Part shown: one piece after another, positions 1-9,044 of the stretch
Layout: each line of letters opens with the position of its first letter
Position numbering within the stretch: the stretch's first letter is position 1
DNA from: Acutalibacteraceae bacterium
GTDB taxonomy: Bacteria > Bacillota > Clostridia > Oscillospirales > Acutalibacteraceae
Length of the DNA stretch: 64,000 nt
Direction of reading: 5' to 3'
Assembly (NCBI GenBank): GCA_045604215.1
Contig: JAZUNP010000012.1
Span: forward strand, 6,980-70,979
Position numbers and translations under genes: made by a program
Notes under the pieces: model-generated
What the model was told of the DNA's origin: nothing
Database searches by the model: none
Seen by the model: only the letters and a program-made list of their open reading frames with translations

Positions 1-274
1 CCTGCGGTATGGCATAGAGACAATTGTTTCGCTCACCCTCGGCAATAACCAGTCGCGAGTTCAAGTCACCCCGCCTGTCCAAAATTACCGTGCCGCTTTT
101 TTGAACGGTTAGCTGTGTTTTTGTTTTACCACCCGATTCGGTAGCATCCTCGGAATAGGTGATTATATAATCTCCCTCAAATTCACGAAGTGTACCCTCG
201 GTTGCAAGTTCTATCACTGCGCTTTCGCCGTCAATTCCCTGCGTACCCTTTACCTTTACTAAAACCTTTTTCAT
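1..274 (-). CDS. DUF1934 (YwiB-like) beta-barrel protein, N-terminal part; the gene runs off the left edge
   Basis: My own translation of the minus strand from ATG at 272-274 gives MKKVLVKVKGTQGIDGESAVIELATEGTLREFEGDYIITYSEDATESGGKTKTQLTVQKSGTVILDRRGDLNSRLVIAEGERNNCLYAIPQ with no stop before position 1. The pattern resembles DUF1934. The start overlaps the murI stop (ATGA). It is missing from the ORF track because no stop lies in the window. Confidence 0.6.
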   Translation of the reverse strand, partial: MKKVLVKVKGTQGIDGESAVIELATEGTLREFEGDYIITYSEDATESGGKTKTQLTVQKSGTVILDRRGDLNSRLVIAEGERNNCLYAIPQ

Positions 275-1089
275 ACCTTTTCTATATCTACCTGTTCTAC
301 ATTAAAATTCTTGTTATAATCGCCGAGTAGTATGTTAACCACTTTTTTAAATGATGCGGTTTTATCACTAACATAAAACTCGTGATGAGCGGTATTGTTG
401 CTTTCGTTTAACGCGTCATCTTTTTGTAGCATTTCTTTTACTGCCTCAGCAGTAGAAACGCCCATATTGATAAGCGTAACATCATTGCCCAAAATGTTTT
501 TAATAGCACCTATGAGCACAGGGAAATGCGTACAACCTAAAATTAGTGTGTCAACATCCGCATCAATCATCGGTGCTAAATAGCGTTTTAGGGTTTCGAT
601 TGCTACTAAATCATTGTCGGCTGTCCAACCCTCCTCAACAATTGGAACAAGCAATGTACCAGCCGATTCCATAACTTGTGCGGTTGGAAGTAATTCAAGT
701 ATTTGCTTTTTATGTGCGCCGCTATTTATAGTAGCGCTTGTTGCCAAAATACCAATTTTTCCGTTTTTTGTAGCTTTGACCGCCGCATGTACCGAATGGG
801 ATACCACCTCTACAAAAGGAACAGGTAACTCTTCTGCTGTGTCAGATGCCACCGATGATACCGTACCGCAAGCCGCGACTATAAGCTTTACATTGTGAGA
901 CAGCAAAAACCTTTCGTCTTGTAAAGCATATTTTTTTATAGTATCTCGACTGCGAGTACCGTAAGGCACTCGACCTGTATCACCAAAATAGACAATATTT
1001 TCATTTGGTAATAGCTTTATAATTTCACGCGCAACGGTAAGACCGCCAAGCCCCGAGTCGAAAACGCCGATAGCACGATTATCTGCCAT
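271..1089 (-). CDS. murI: glutamate racemase
   Basis: 272 aa. Contains GVFDSGLGGLTV, the two catalytic Cys contexts (AACGT and LGCTHFP) and VYFGDTGRVPYG. Confidence 0.95.
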   Translation of the reverse strand: MADNRAIGVFDSGLGGLTVAREIIKLLPNENIVYFGDTGRVPYGTRSRDTIKKYALQDERFLLSHNVKLIVAACGTVSSVASDTAEELPVPFVEVVSHSVHAAVKATKNGKIGILATSATINSGAHKKQILELLPTAQVMESAGTLLVPIVEEGWTADNDLVAIETLKRYLAPMIDADVDTLILGCTHFPVLIGAIKNILGNDVTLINMGVSTAEAVKEMLQKDDALNESNNTAHHEFYVSDKTASFKKVVNILLGDYNKNFNVEQVDIEKV

Positions 1090-1167
1090 AACTCATACCC
1101 CTTTCGCAAAGTTATAAGTATTCATATTATATTAACATATAATATGATTTTTATCAAGTGTTAAAGA

Positions 1168-1201
1168 CAAAAAATGAGCGAGAACTTAACGCTCTCGCTC
1201 T
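1168..1201 (-). terminator. rho-independent terminator after ireB
   Basis: Stem gagcgaga (1176-1183) pairs with tctcgctc (1193-1200). An A-run at 1169-1174 gives a T-run on the minus strand, just downstream of the stop at 1207. Confidence 0.6.
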
Positions 1202-1206
1202 TGATT

Positions 1207-1452
1207 TTAAGCTGTTAGATAATAACGCACCAAGGACTGCAACAATGTATCGCGGTCAATTCGGCGGATAAGGTTACGGGCATTATTATGAGTGGTGATA
1301 TATGTGGGATCCTCCGACAAAATGTAACCTACTATCTGGTTGATTGGATTATATCCCTTTTCCTTTAAAGAATCATAAACTATTGTTAAAATGTTCCTGA
1401 TTTCTTGCTCGGTTTGGTCACCGATTGAAAAGGTCATGGTTCTATCGTTCAT
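1207..1452 (-). CDS. ireB: IreB family regulatory phosphoprotein (UPF0297)
   Basis: Sequence ...TMTFSIGDQTEQEIRNILTIVYDSLKEKGYNPINQIVGYILSEDPTYITTHNNARNLIRRIDRDTLL is typical of UPF0297. I chose the ATG at 1452 because GAGGTG lies 8 nt upstream. The longer ORF start at 1518 lacks an RBS. Confidence 0.8.
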   Translation of the reverse strand: MNDRTMTFSIGDQTEQEIRNILTIVYDSLKEKGYNPINQIVGYILSEDPTYITTHNNARNLIRRIDRDTLLQSLVRYYLTA

Positions 1453-1561
1453 AATAAGCACCTCACAGTTATTTATTAGTATTATCTTTATTCTATACTG
1501 CAATACCTCAAATTTCAAGAAAAATTTTAATAAGAATATATTAAATTTCCCTTAATTTTAA

Positions 1562-3952
1562 CTATTTGCGTAATTCTGCGCCCAATTTTTCGAGTTTTGC
1601 AATAATTTTATTACTTGCGTCCTCAATTTGAGCATCGGTAAGAGTACCCTCGGCGGAGCGAAGCCACACGCTGTATGCCACACTCTTTTTGCCTTCGGGG
1701 ATTTGCGCGCCTTGATATACGTCAAAAAGCTCTACCTTTTCAAGAAGTCTTCCGCCACCCGACTGAATAGCTTTTTCCAAATCGCCTACAGGAATGTCTT
1801 TGTCACAAAGCATAGCAAAGTCACGCTCAACTGCGGGGTATTTTGGAAGTGGCTTATAGGTGGTCTTTCGCTTGTTTATAGCATAAAGCACATCAAGTTT
1901 AATTTCGGCAACATAAACCTTTGTATCAATGTTGTAGTTTTTAGCAACCGCAGGGTGAACCTCACCCAAAACTGCGGCTTGTACATTGTTTGCCAAAACC
2001 TCTGCCTGACGACCTGGGTGCAAATAGGTTTCGTTACTTCTTTTATACTGTGTATGAGCTCCAAAGAGTGACATAATTTCTTCTACAATACCTTTAAGTG
2101 TGAAGAAATCCTCGTCCTTACCGTAAACACCGATACAAAGTGTGGGAAGTTCGTCGGGTTGCTCACAAACCGGTAAAGATTTTGGGACAAAGCGTTTACT
2201 TTCTTCAAAAAATCTACCTGCTTCTATTTTACGGTTAATGTTGGTAGCCATAACGGTAAGCATACTGGTAACTAACTGTGTGCGCATTGTTGAATACTCA
2301 TCACCGAGTGGGTTGATGAGCTTTACAGCGTTACGACGAGAATCGTCCTCAGGGAGATTAAGTGTATCAAGCGCACCAGAGCCGATAAACGAATATGTGG
2401 CGATTTCGTAGCAACCAAGTCCGCAAAGAAGAGACTTCATCTTGTCACTCTTTACACGGTTTGGAAGCTTCCTACCGCGCATTACATTGCCGCGCATAGC
2501 GGTACCTACAATGTGGTCGTAGCCGTATATACGCATAACCTCTTCAGCAAGGTCAGCGCGACCCTCGATATCATCACGGATTGATGGAATGCGAACAGTG
2601 AGAACACCGTCTTTAGCGGCGGTAGGTAGGCACAAACTATTTAAAATCTCTACCATTTTATCTTCTGGGATTTCAACACCCAAAAGCTCAACTATGCTCT
2701 TTGAGGTTACGTTTAAAATTTTATCTTCGGGGAGTCCTTGATTTTTGTCGAGTACGCCGTCGATAATGTCACCTGCATCGAGGTCGCTAATAAGCTGCAG
2801 TGCGCGGTCCATAGCAAATCCTACGTTTACAATGTCAACGCCCTTTTCAAAACGACCGCTTGATTCGGTACGAATACCCAAAGCACGACCGGTTTTGCGA
2901 ACGCTGTCGCGACGGAATTTAGCGCACTCAAGGAATAAATCCTTGGTATCATCCTCGATTTCACTTTCCTTACCGCCCATAATACCTGCAAGGCAGGATG
3001 GCTTTTGACCGTCGGCAATAACGAGCATGTCGGGAGTTAGGTTATATTCTTTACCGTCAAGGGTGGTGATGCTTTCGCCATTGTTAGCGTTACGAACAAT
3101 AATCTTTTTATCAGCCAAATCGTTATAGTTAAACGCGTGCATTGGCTGACCTGTTTCAAGCATTACAAAGTTGGTGATGTCAACGATGTTGTTAATAGGA
3201 CGCATCCCAGACGCTATAAGTGCCTTTTGCATCCAAACGGGGGAAGGCTTTATGCGAAGATTTTTAACAACGCGGCCAACGTAACGAGGACAAAGGTCAA
3301 AGTTTTTTACCTCTACGTCTACGTAGTCTTTTATATCACCGCCAACAGTTTTGTATGTTGGTATAGGTGGATGATAATCGCTGCCCAACACTACCGATGC
3401 CTCTTTTGCAACACCCATAAAGCAGTTGCAATCGGGGCGATTTGCAGTGATTTTAAAGTCTATGATATAGTCGTCAAGACCTAAAACCTTTCGCATATCG
3501 GTACCGGGTGCCCATTCGTCACGAAGAATAAGAATGCCGTGAACGCTTGCGCCCTCGTAGTCGGCTTCTGTAAGGCAAAGCTCTTCGCCCGAGCAAAGCA
3601 TACCGTTTGACTCCACACCACGAAGCTTGCCCGCCTTAATATGCATGCCATTTGGCAAATCACTGTCATGGAGTGCTGCGGGAACGAGGTCGCCCTCTTT
3701 AATATTCTGCGCGCCTGTAACAATTTGGACAAGCTCGTCTTTACCTATATCCATTTGACAAATTTGGAGGTGGTCACTATCCTGATGTGGCTCAAGTTTT
3801 ACAACACGGGCGGCAACAACATTTTTAATGTTTTCACCTTCACACTCGATGCTTTCAACCTCAAAACCTGCCATAACCATACGGTTACATAGCTCCTGGA
3901 CGGGAACATTTATATCAACATAATATTTAAGCGCTTTAAGTGAAATTTTCAT
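1562..3952 (-). CDS. pheT: phenylalanine--tRNA ligase beta subunit
   Basis: 796 aa with tRNA-binding, B3/4, B5 and FDX-ACB domain order. Lies 18 nt downstream of pheS. Confidence 0.95.
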   Translation of the reverse strand: MKISLKALKYYVDINVPVQELCNRMVMAGFEVESIECEGENIKNVVAARVVKLEPHQDSDHLQICQMDIGKDELVQIVTGAQNIKEGDLVPAALHDSDLPNGMHIKAGKLRGVESNGMLCSGEELCLTEADYEGASVHGILILRDEWAPGTDMRKVLGLDDYIIDFKITANRPDCNCFMGVAKEASVVLGSDYHPPIPTYKTVGGDIKDYVDVEVKNFDLCPRYVGRVVKNLRIKPSPVWMQKALIASGMRPINNIVDITNFVMLETGQPMHAFNYNDLADKKIIVRNANNGESITTLDGKEYNLTPDMLVIADGQKPSCLAGIMGGKESEIEDDTKDLFLECAKFRRDSVRKTGRALGIRTESSGRFEKGVDIVNVGFAMDRALQLISDLDAGDIIDGVLDKNQGLPEDKILNVTSKSIVELLGVEIPEDKMVEILNSLCLPTAAKDGVLTVRIPSIRDDIEGRADLAEEVMRIYGYDHIVGTAMRGNVMRGRKLPNRVKSDKMKSLLCGLGCYEIATYSFIGSGALDTLNLPEDDSRRNAVKLINPLGDEYSTMRTQLVTSMLTVMATNINRKIEAGRFFEESKRFVPKSLPVCEQPDELPTLCIGVYGKDEDFFTLKGIVEEIMSLFGAHTQYKRSNETYLHPGRQAEVLANNVQAAVLGEVHPAVAKNYNIDTKVYVAEIKLDVLYAINKRKTTYKPLPKYPAVERDFAMLCDKDIPVGDLEKAIQSGGGRLLEKVELFDVYQGAQIPEGKKSVAYSVWLRSAEGTLTDAQIEDASNKIIAKLEKLGAELRK

Positions 3953-3970
3953 AACTTTGTGTCCCCTTTC

Positions 3971-4990
3971 TTAGAACTGGTCAAGAAAACGCTTGTCGTT
4001 TTCGAACAACAAACGAATGTCGCTTATTTTATAACGGGTTGTGGTAAGTCGGTCAAGACCGATACCGAATGCAAAGCCACTGTATTCCTCGGGGTCAATG
4101 CCACAGCTACGGAGTACATTTGGATGTACCATACCTGCACCTAAAATTTCTATCCAACCAGCACCCTTGCAAACGCGGCAGCCTTTGCCACCACATTCAC
4201 TACAAGATACGTCAACCTCAACCGACGGCTCGGTGAACGGGAAGAAAGATGGTCGAAATTTAACCTTCGTTTCAGGTCCGTAAATTTCGTGGGCAAACTG
4301 CTCGAGTACGCCTTTAAGGTCGCACATTGTAACACCCTTATCAACAACAAGACCTTCGATTTGGTGGAATACGGGCGAGTGAGTTGCGTCAACCTCGTCG
4401 GCGCGGAACACACGGCCCGGACAAATTACACGGATAGGTGGCTTTCGGGTTTCCATTGTGCGAATTTGGGCAGCCGATGTTTGTGTGCGAAGCAAAATGT
4501 TTTCAGCCAAGTAGAATGTATCCTGCATATCGCGTGCGGGATGGTCGGCGGGAACGTTCAGGCACTCAAAATTGTAGTGATCAGTTTCTACCTCGGGACC
4601 GTCAACAACGTCAAAGCCCATAGACTGAAAAATATCTATCATATCATTAAGCACGGTGTTAAGCGGATGAAGCTTACCGGTCTTTGCGGTCTTTGCAGGC
4701 ATGGTAATGTCAATGGTTTCTTCCTTGAGTTTTAACTCTTCGGCTAGTAATTGCATTTGGGTAACCTTTTTGGAAAGCGCCACATCAACCTCGGCTTTAG
4801 CCGCGTTTACAAGCTGTCCCATAATTGGTCGCTCTTCGGGAGAGAGACCGCCCATCATTTTTAAAATAGCGGTGAGTTCACCCTTTTTTCCAAGGTATTT
4901 TACCCTTACATTTTCACAGTCGGCACTGTTTTGGGCTGCCGTAATGGCCTTAAGCGCCGCAGTCTTGATTTGTTCAAGCTGTTGTTTCAT
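3971..4990 (-). CDS. pheS: phenylalanine--tRNA ligase alpha subunit
   Basis: 339 aa with class II aaRS motifs (HPARDMQDTFY, FRPSFFPFTEPS, GFAFGIGLDRL). AAAGGAG RBS upstream. Confidence 0.95.
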   Translation of the reverse strand: MKQQLEQIKTAALKAITAAQNSADCENVRVKYLGKKGELTAILKMMGGLSPEERPIMGQLVNAAKAEVDVALSKKVTQMQLLAEELKLKEETIDITMPAKTAKTGKLHPLNTVLNDMIDIFQSMGFDVVDGPEVETDHYNFECLNVPADHPARDMQDTFYLAENILLRTQTSAAQIRTMETRKPPIRVICPGRVFRADEVDATHSPVFHQIEGLVVDKGVTMCDLKGVLEQFAHEIYGPETKVKFRPSFFPFTEPSVEVDVSCSECGGKGCRVCKGAGWIEILGAGMVHPNVLRSCGIDPEEYSGFAFGIGLDRLTTTRYKISDIRLLFENDKRFLDQF

Positions 4991-5051
4991 AATAATCTCC
5001 TTTGTCGATTTAATGAATAATTAAATGGCGGACCGTCGTGAACGCCAGCCC

Positions 5052-5326
5052 TACAAAAAACAAAAATTTCGCCCTGTAAAAACAGGACGAAATTTGAATT
5101 AACAAATTCCGCGGTACCACCCGCATTTTCGCTCAAAGAGCAAACACTCTCCGCGGTCTGTAACGGAACCGCACACCGTTGTCACCTACTACCATTTCTG
5201 CGACACTGCTCAAAAGTGAACTTCAAATCACCGCAAAATAGGTTTGCTTTCAGCCTACGACAAACCCTCTCTGAAAGTTACATAATGATTTTACTTTTCT
5301 TTATCAATGCATTTATTAAAGTTGTA
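5052..5326 (-). promoter_or_regulatory. T-box riboswitch leader (Phe specifier) controlling pheST
   Basis: The minus strand contains the conserved T-box sequence GGGTGGTACCGCG (plus-strand cgcggtaccacccg, 5110-5124). It also has an AGAGA box in stem I and a UUC-A candidate specifier (plus-strand gaa at 5218-5220). A terminator hairpin aaatttcgccctg/caggacgaaattt (about 5065-5096) is followed by a T-run on the minus strand. Confidence 0.85.
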
Positions 5327-5332
5327 TCTGTT

Positions 5333-5360
5333 ATTATAACACAATAAATTTAAATTTCAA
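5333..5360 (-). promoter_or_regulatory. sigma-A type promoter of the pheST T-box leader
   Basis: On the minus strand: TTGAAA (5355-5360), 16 nt spacer, TATAAT (5333-5338) preceded by TGT (extended -10). Confidence 0.5.
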
Positions 5361-5364
5361 GTGT

Positions 5365-6216
5365 TTATTTATAAAGTGCATTGGTTAAATTAGCGAGTTG
5401 CTCTAATGTCAATACTTCTCCTCGAACAGTTTCAGGAATATTAGCACTTTTTAAAGCTGCGCGCAAAACTTCTTTTTCTATATTTAATGTGTTGCAAACA
5501 GTATTAAGCAAAATTTTTCTACGCTGCGCAAAGCAAGCTTTCACGATTTTAAAGAATAGTTTTTTGTCGGTTACCTTGATTGGTGGGTTTTCTCGTAATG
5601 TGAGTTCAATTACCGACGAGTCAACGTTTGGTGGTGGTAAAAAGCTTGTTCTTGGTACATCGAAAAGCGTTTTTGCGGTAGCGTAATAATTTACAGCAAC
5701 CGTAACAGCTCCTGCCGCACGTGAGCCAATCTGGGCGCAAAGGCGGTCGGCCGCCTCCTTTTGTACCATAACCGCAATCTTATTTATCGGCATCTCATTT
5801 TCAAGCAGCATCATAATAACGGAAGAAGTAATATAATAAGGCAAATTTGCGCATATATTTATGGTGTCGCAATCGCAAAATTCCTCGGCTAAAACAGTTT
5901 TTAAATCCACCTTTAAAATATCGTTCCATATTATTTTTACATTGTCGCAGTCTTTAAGAGTTTGCTCTAACACTGTTTTAAGGCGTGTATCAAGCTCGAC
6001 AGCCACCACCTTTTTACAAGCGGCAGAAAGCTGTGCTGTAAGCACACCCGCACCTGGTCCTATTTCAAGTACGCCGACATTATCGCCCGACACCGCTGCT
6101 GCCATACGCGGACATACTGTATCGTCAATCAAAAAGTTTTGACCAAGCGACTTTTTAAAAGAAAAGCCCACAGTTTCCAGCACAGATTTTAAATCTCTTT
6201 TGTTAGAAATTTTCAA
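5365..6216 (-). CDS. rsmA: 16S rRNA (adenine1518/1519-N6)-dimethyltransferase
   Basis: 283 aa with KKSLGQNFL, the SAM motif LEIGPGAGVLT, and NLPYYI. Confidence 0.93.
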   Translation of the reverse strand: MKISNKRDLKSVLETVGFSFKKSLGQNFLIDDTVCPRMAAAVSGDNVGVLEIGPGAGVLTAQLSAACKKVVAVELDTRLKTVLEQTLKDCDNVKIIWNDILKVDLKTVLAEEFCDCDTINICANLPYYITSSVIMMLLENEMPINKIAVMVQKEAADRLCAQIGSRAAGAVTVAVNYYATAKTLFDVPRTSFLPPPNVDSSVIELTLRENPPIKVTDKKLFFKIVKACFAQRRKILLNTVCNTLNIEKEVLRAALKSANIPETVRGEVLTLEQLANLTNALYK

Positions 6217-6285
6217 TATATCACCTAATTTTTTATTTGTATTTTCATTATATAAAAAATTAATACTTCTTTCAAGAAATTTTTG

Positions 6286-6314
6286 GTGACAAAGCGTAGT
6301 TTTTGTGTTACAAT
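6286..6314 (+). promoter_or_regulatory. candidate promoter for the 6351 gene and the SPFH gene
   Basis: GTGACA (6286-6291), 17 nt spacer, TACAAT (6309-6314) with TG at -15/-14. Confidence 0.4.
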
Positions 6315-6350
6315 ATAAAAAATATTATTTTTTGGAAGTGTATACTAAAA

Positions 6351-7097
6351 ATGGATAACAGATATTTAGACAAGGTAATCGCTGAAATGCAGCCTTTCTT
6401 TAATGAGAACGGTTTTAAGGCGTTTGACGGAATTTACAAAAACGAAAAAAAGGCGGTTGCAGTCGAATATAACGACGAGCGACAAATGTACATCTTAAAA
6501 ACTGCTGACATCGACGAGGAAGGTGGTTTTGAGCTTGGTGAAGCATCAGCTTGGCTTTTTGATGACAGCCAAAACGCAAAGGATGCCGAGGCAGTTGGTA
6601 TTGACTTTACCTCTACCTTAAAATCCGAGCTTGGAATTAAGCACACCCGTTCTACCGCTGCGGCGAGTTCGATTGACTTGCCCACAGCAAGTAAAGACGG
6701 CACATATACCATCACCGCATTCACAAAGAAAGTGCTTGATGTGTTTCCAGTGCTTAAAGATGAATACAAGGCACACGTAGCGGTTTACGGAAATTTCCTG
6801 TATCTTAACTTCTTTGGTGAAAAATTAGTACCGCAAATAAAAGCCGTACTTTTGGAGAATAATAAAAAGAGTGTTAAAAAACTTTTTGACGTCTTACAAA
6901 CAGGATACTTACAGGGTGACCGCGACACAGTAAACACAATTGTTGCTGTAGTTGCTGCCGCTTGTGTAAATGATGAAACAATAAAATCAAATGCAATTAC
7001 TGCACTCGGTGACAATAAGAATTTTGTCGATTCACTTAGCCAATTTATCCCTGTTATATCGTCTAACAAAAAGCTCTCTGCGGCTTTGTTAAAATAA
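6351..7097 (+). CDS. hypothetical cytoplasmic protein (248 aa), no family recognised
   Basis: Long ORF with coding-like composition. I chose the ATG at 6351 because the track start at 6303 lies inside the predicted promoter. It ends 21 nt before the SPFH gene. Confidence 0.6.
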   Translation: MDNRYLDKVIAEMQPFFNENGFKAFDGIYKNEKKAVAVEYNDERQMYILKTADIDEEGGFELGEASAWLFDDSQNAKDAEAVGIDFTSTLKSELGIKHTRSTAAASSIDLPTASKDGTYTITAFTKKVLDVFPVLKDEYKAHVAVYGNFLYLNFFGEKLVPQIKAVLLENNKKSVKKLFDVLQTGYLQGDRDTVNTIVAVVAAACVNDETIKSNAITALGDNKNFVDSLSQFIPVISSNKKLSAALLK

Positions 7098-7118
7098 ATT
7101 TTAAAAGGTGGTTATTTT

Positions 7119-8063
7119 ATGGGTTGGTTATATGCTATAGTTATAATTTTTTTGGTATTGATAATACCAAACGTCCGCATTGTGCCACAAGCTCAACAGT
7201 ACATTATTGAGTTCTTGGGCAAATACAAATGTACTTGGGATGCGGGAATTCACGTAAAGATTCCATTCCTTGAAAAAATCGCAAACAAAATTACCCTTAA
7301 AGAGCAGGTTATGGACTCTCCTCCACAGCCCGTTATCACAAAGGATAATGTTACCATGCAGATTGACACCGTTGTGTTCTTCCGCATATTTGACGCAAAG
7401 CTTTATACCTACGGTGTTGTAAATCCTGTACGTGCGCTTGAAAATCTTACCGCTACTACACTTCGTAATATCGTTGGTGAAATGGAGCTTGACGGTACAC
7501 TTACCTCTCGCGATATCATAAACACAAAAATGGCTGAAATTTTGGACGAAGCTACCGACCAGTGGGGTATGAAGGTAAGCCGTGTTGAGCTTAAAAATAT
7601 TATTCCTCCAGCTGAAATTCAAAACGCGATGGAAAAGCAAATGAAGGCTGAACGTGACCGCCGTGAAACACTTTTACAAGCCGAGGGTCACAAGGCGGCG
7701 GCTATTACTCGCGCCGAGGGTGACAAGCAGGCTATGATTTTAGCCGCCGAAGGTGAACGTGATGCTCGAATTGCCAGAGCCGAGGGTGAAGCAAAGGCTA
7801 TCTACCTTTCTAAAAAAGCCGAGGCTGACGGTCTTGCCGCGCTGAAGGAGGCAGGTGTAGATGCTGCTGTTCTTGAGCTTAAAAAATACGAAGCACTTGT
7901 AAACATGTCAAACGGTACAGCCGCAAAACTTATTATTCCTACTGATGCAGTATCGGCTGTGACAAATAACGCAATATTCTCGGAAACTACAGGTCTTGGT
8001 GATAACACAAAATCAGTACAAAAGCCAAAAAAAACATCTAAAAAAGACGAATGCTGTGATTAA
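7119..8063 (+). CDS. SPFH/Band 7 (stomatin/QmcA-like) membrane protein
   Basis: 314 aa. N-terminal TM helix, an SPFH core (VITKDNVTMQIDTVVFFRI ... LTSRDIIN ... VELKNIIPPAEIQNAMEKQMKAERDRR) and a C-terminal AEG-rich coiled region. Confidence 0.9.
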   Translation: MGWLYAIVIIFLVLIIPNVRIVPQAQQYIIEFLGKYKCTWDAGIHVKIPFLEKIANKITLKEQVMDSPPQPVITKDNVTMQIDTVVFFRIFDAKLYTYGVVNPVRALENLTATTLRNIVGEMELDGTLTSRDIINTKMAEILDEATDQWGMKVSRVELKNIIPPAEIQNAMEKQMKAERDRRETLLQAEGHKAAAITRAEGDKQAMILAAEGERDARIARAEGEAKAIYLSKKAEADGLAALKEAGVDAAVLELKKYEALVNMSNGTAAKLIIPTDAVSAVTNNAIFSETTGLGDNTKSVQKPKKTSKKDECCD

Positions 8064-8071
8064 AAAATCAA

Positions 8072-8111
8072 AAGAAGTTAACTCTATTATTTAGGGTTAA
8101 CTTCTTTTTTT
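8072..8111 (+). terminator. rho-independent terminator after the SPFH gene
   Basis: Stem gaagttaac (8074-8082) pairs with gttaacttc (8096-8104), followed by a T-run at 8105-8111. Confidence 0.65.
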
Positions 8112-8184
8112 AAATTAAATTGAAAGTAAGTATATGTTCTCCGTTTTGGAGTAGCTTTGAGTATCACGGTTTACAAAAAGTTTG

Positions 8185-9033
8185 TTAAAGAATTTCGAAA
8201 CTGTGTATGCGGTAGAAATGACCGTCCTTTTCGATTTTTTCAATGCCTTCTTTTTCGCTCAGTTGCTTATTTGTATCGACATTATCGGTTATACCGCACC
8301 AAGGCTCAATGCATATAAACGGAGCGCCTGGGACTGTCCAAACAAGAAGGTAAGGAAAGGCCTCAAAATCTACCCTAATTTTTTGGTCGGTAGTCTTATT
8401 TCTTAAAACCACGCCGCGCGAATTAAGGTTTTTAAAGATTAAGCAATCATTTTCAAAAAGCGAATTATCAAGCTGCAAAACATCAGTATCTTTGCCGTAA
8501 TTTTTTGTATTTAACGAAAGCAACGGACCTTCGAGCTGATATGCATCCAAATTCTCTTTTTTATTAAATATTATCTCATAATTTTCTATACCCTCCGGGC
8601 AATAGTAAGCCTCATGAGCGCCTACCGAAAAATACATATCGCCATCGGTAAGATTGCGAATGTTGTATTCAACGTTTACCTTTTTACCGACAAGAGTATA
8701 TATAATACGAAATTCATACTTAAAAGGATAGTTGTCCTGTGGGCAGTTATCACTGCTTAACAAAAATATTGCTGTGTTACCGTCTGCAGTTTCAACATCA
8801 AATTTTACTCTACGGGCAAATCCGTGCTTTTGCAAGGAATAAGTTTTGCCCTCATAAATAAATTCGTCGTCCTTTAAACCGCTACAAATAGGGAATAAAA
8901 CAGGGGCAGACCCTGTCCAAAACTGAGGGTCACCATGCCAAATATACTCTTTACCGTCACATTTAAGGCTTTTTAGTTCTGCTCCGATTTCACTAAAGGT
9001 TGCGGTTAAAAATTCATTTGAAATAGTAATCAT
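8185..9033 (-). CDS. aldose 1-epimerase (galactose mutarotase-like) family protein
   Basis: About 282 aa with ...WHGDPQFWTGSAPVLFPICSG...HGFAR...PFKYEF...VGAHEAY...PYLLVWT.., typical of the YphB/LacX mutarotase-like fold. The start is ambiguous: ATG at 9033, or TTG at 9048 overlapping the nahK stop. Confidence 0.8.
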   Translation of the reverse strand: MITISNEFLTATFSEIGAELKSLKCDGKEYIWHGDPQFWTGSAPVLFPICSGLKDDEFIYEGKTYSLQKHGFARRVKFDVETADGNTAIFLLSSDNCPQDNYPFKYEFRIIYTLVGKKVNVEYNIRNLTDGDMYFSVGAHEAYYCPEGIENYEIIFNKKENLDAYQLEGPLLSLNTKNYGKDTDVLQLDNSLFENDCLIFKNLNSRGVVLRNKTTDQKIRVDFEAFPYLLVWTVPGAPFICIEPWCGITDNVDTNKQLSEKEGIEKIEKDGHFYRIHSFEIL

Positions 9034-9044
9034 AATTTTGCCTT

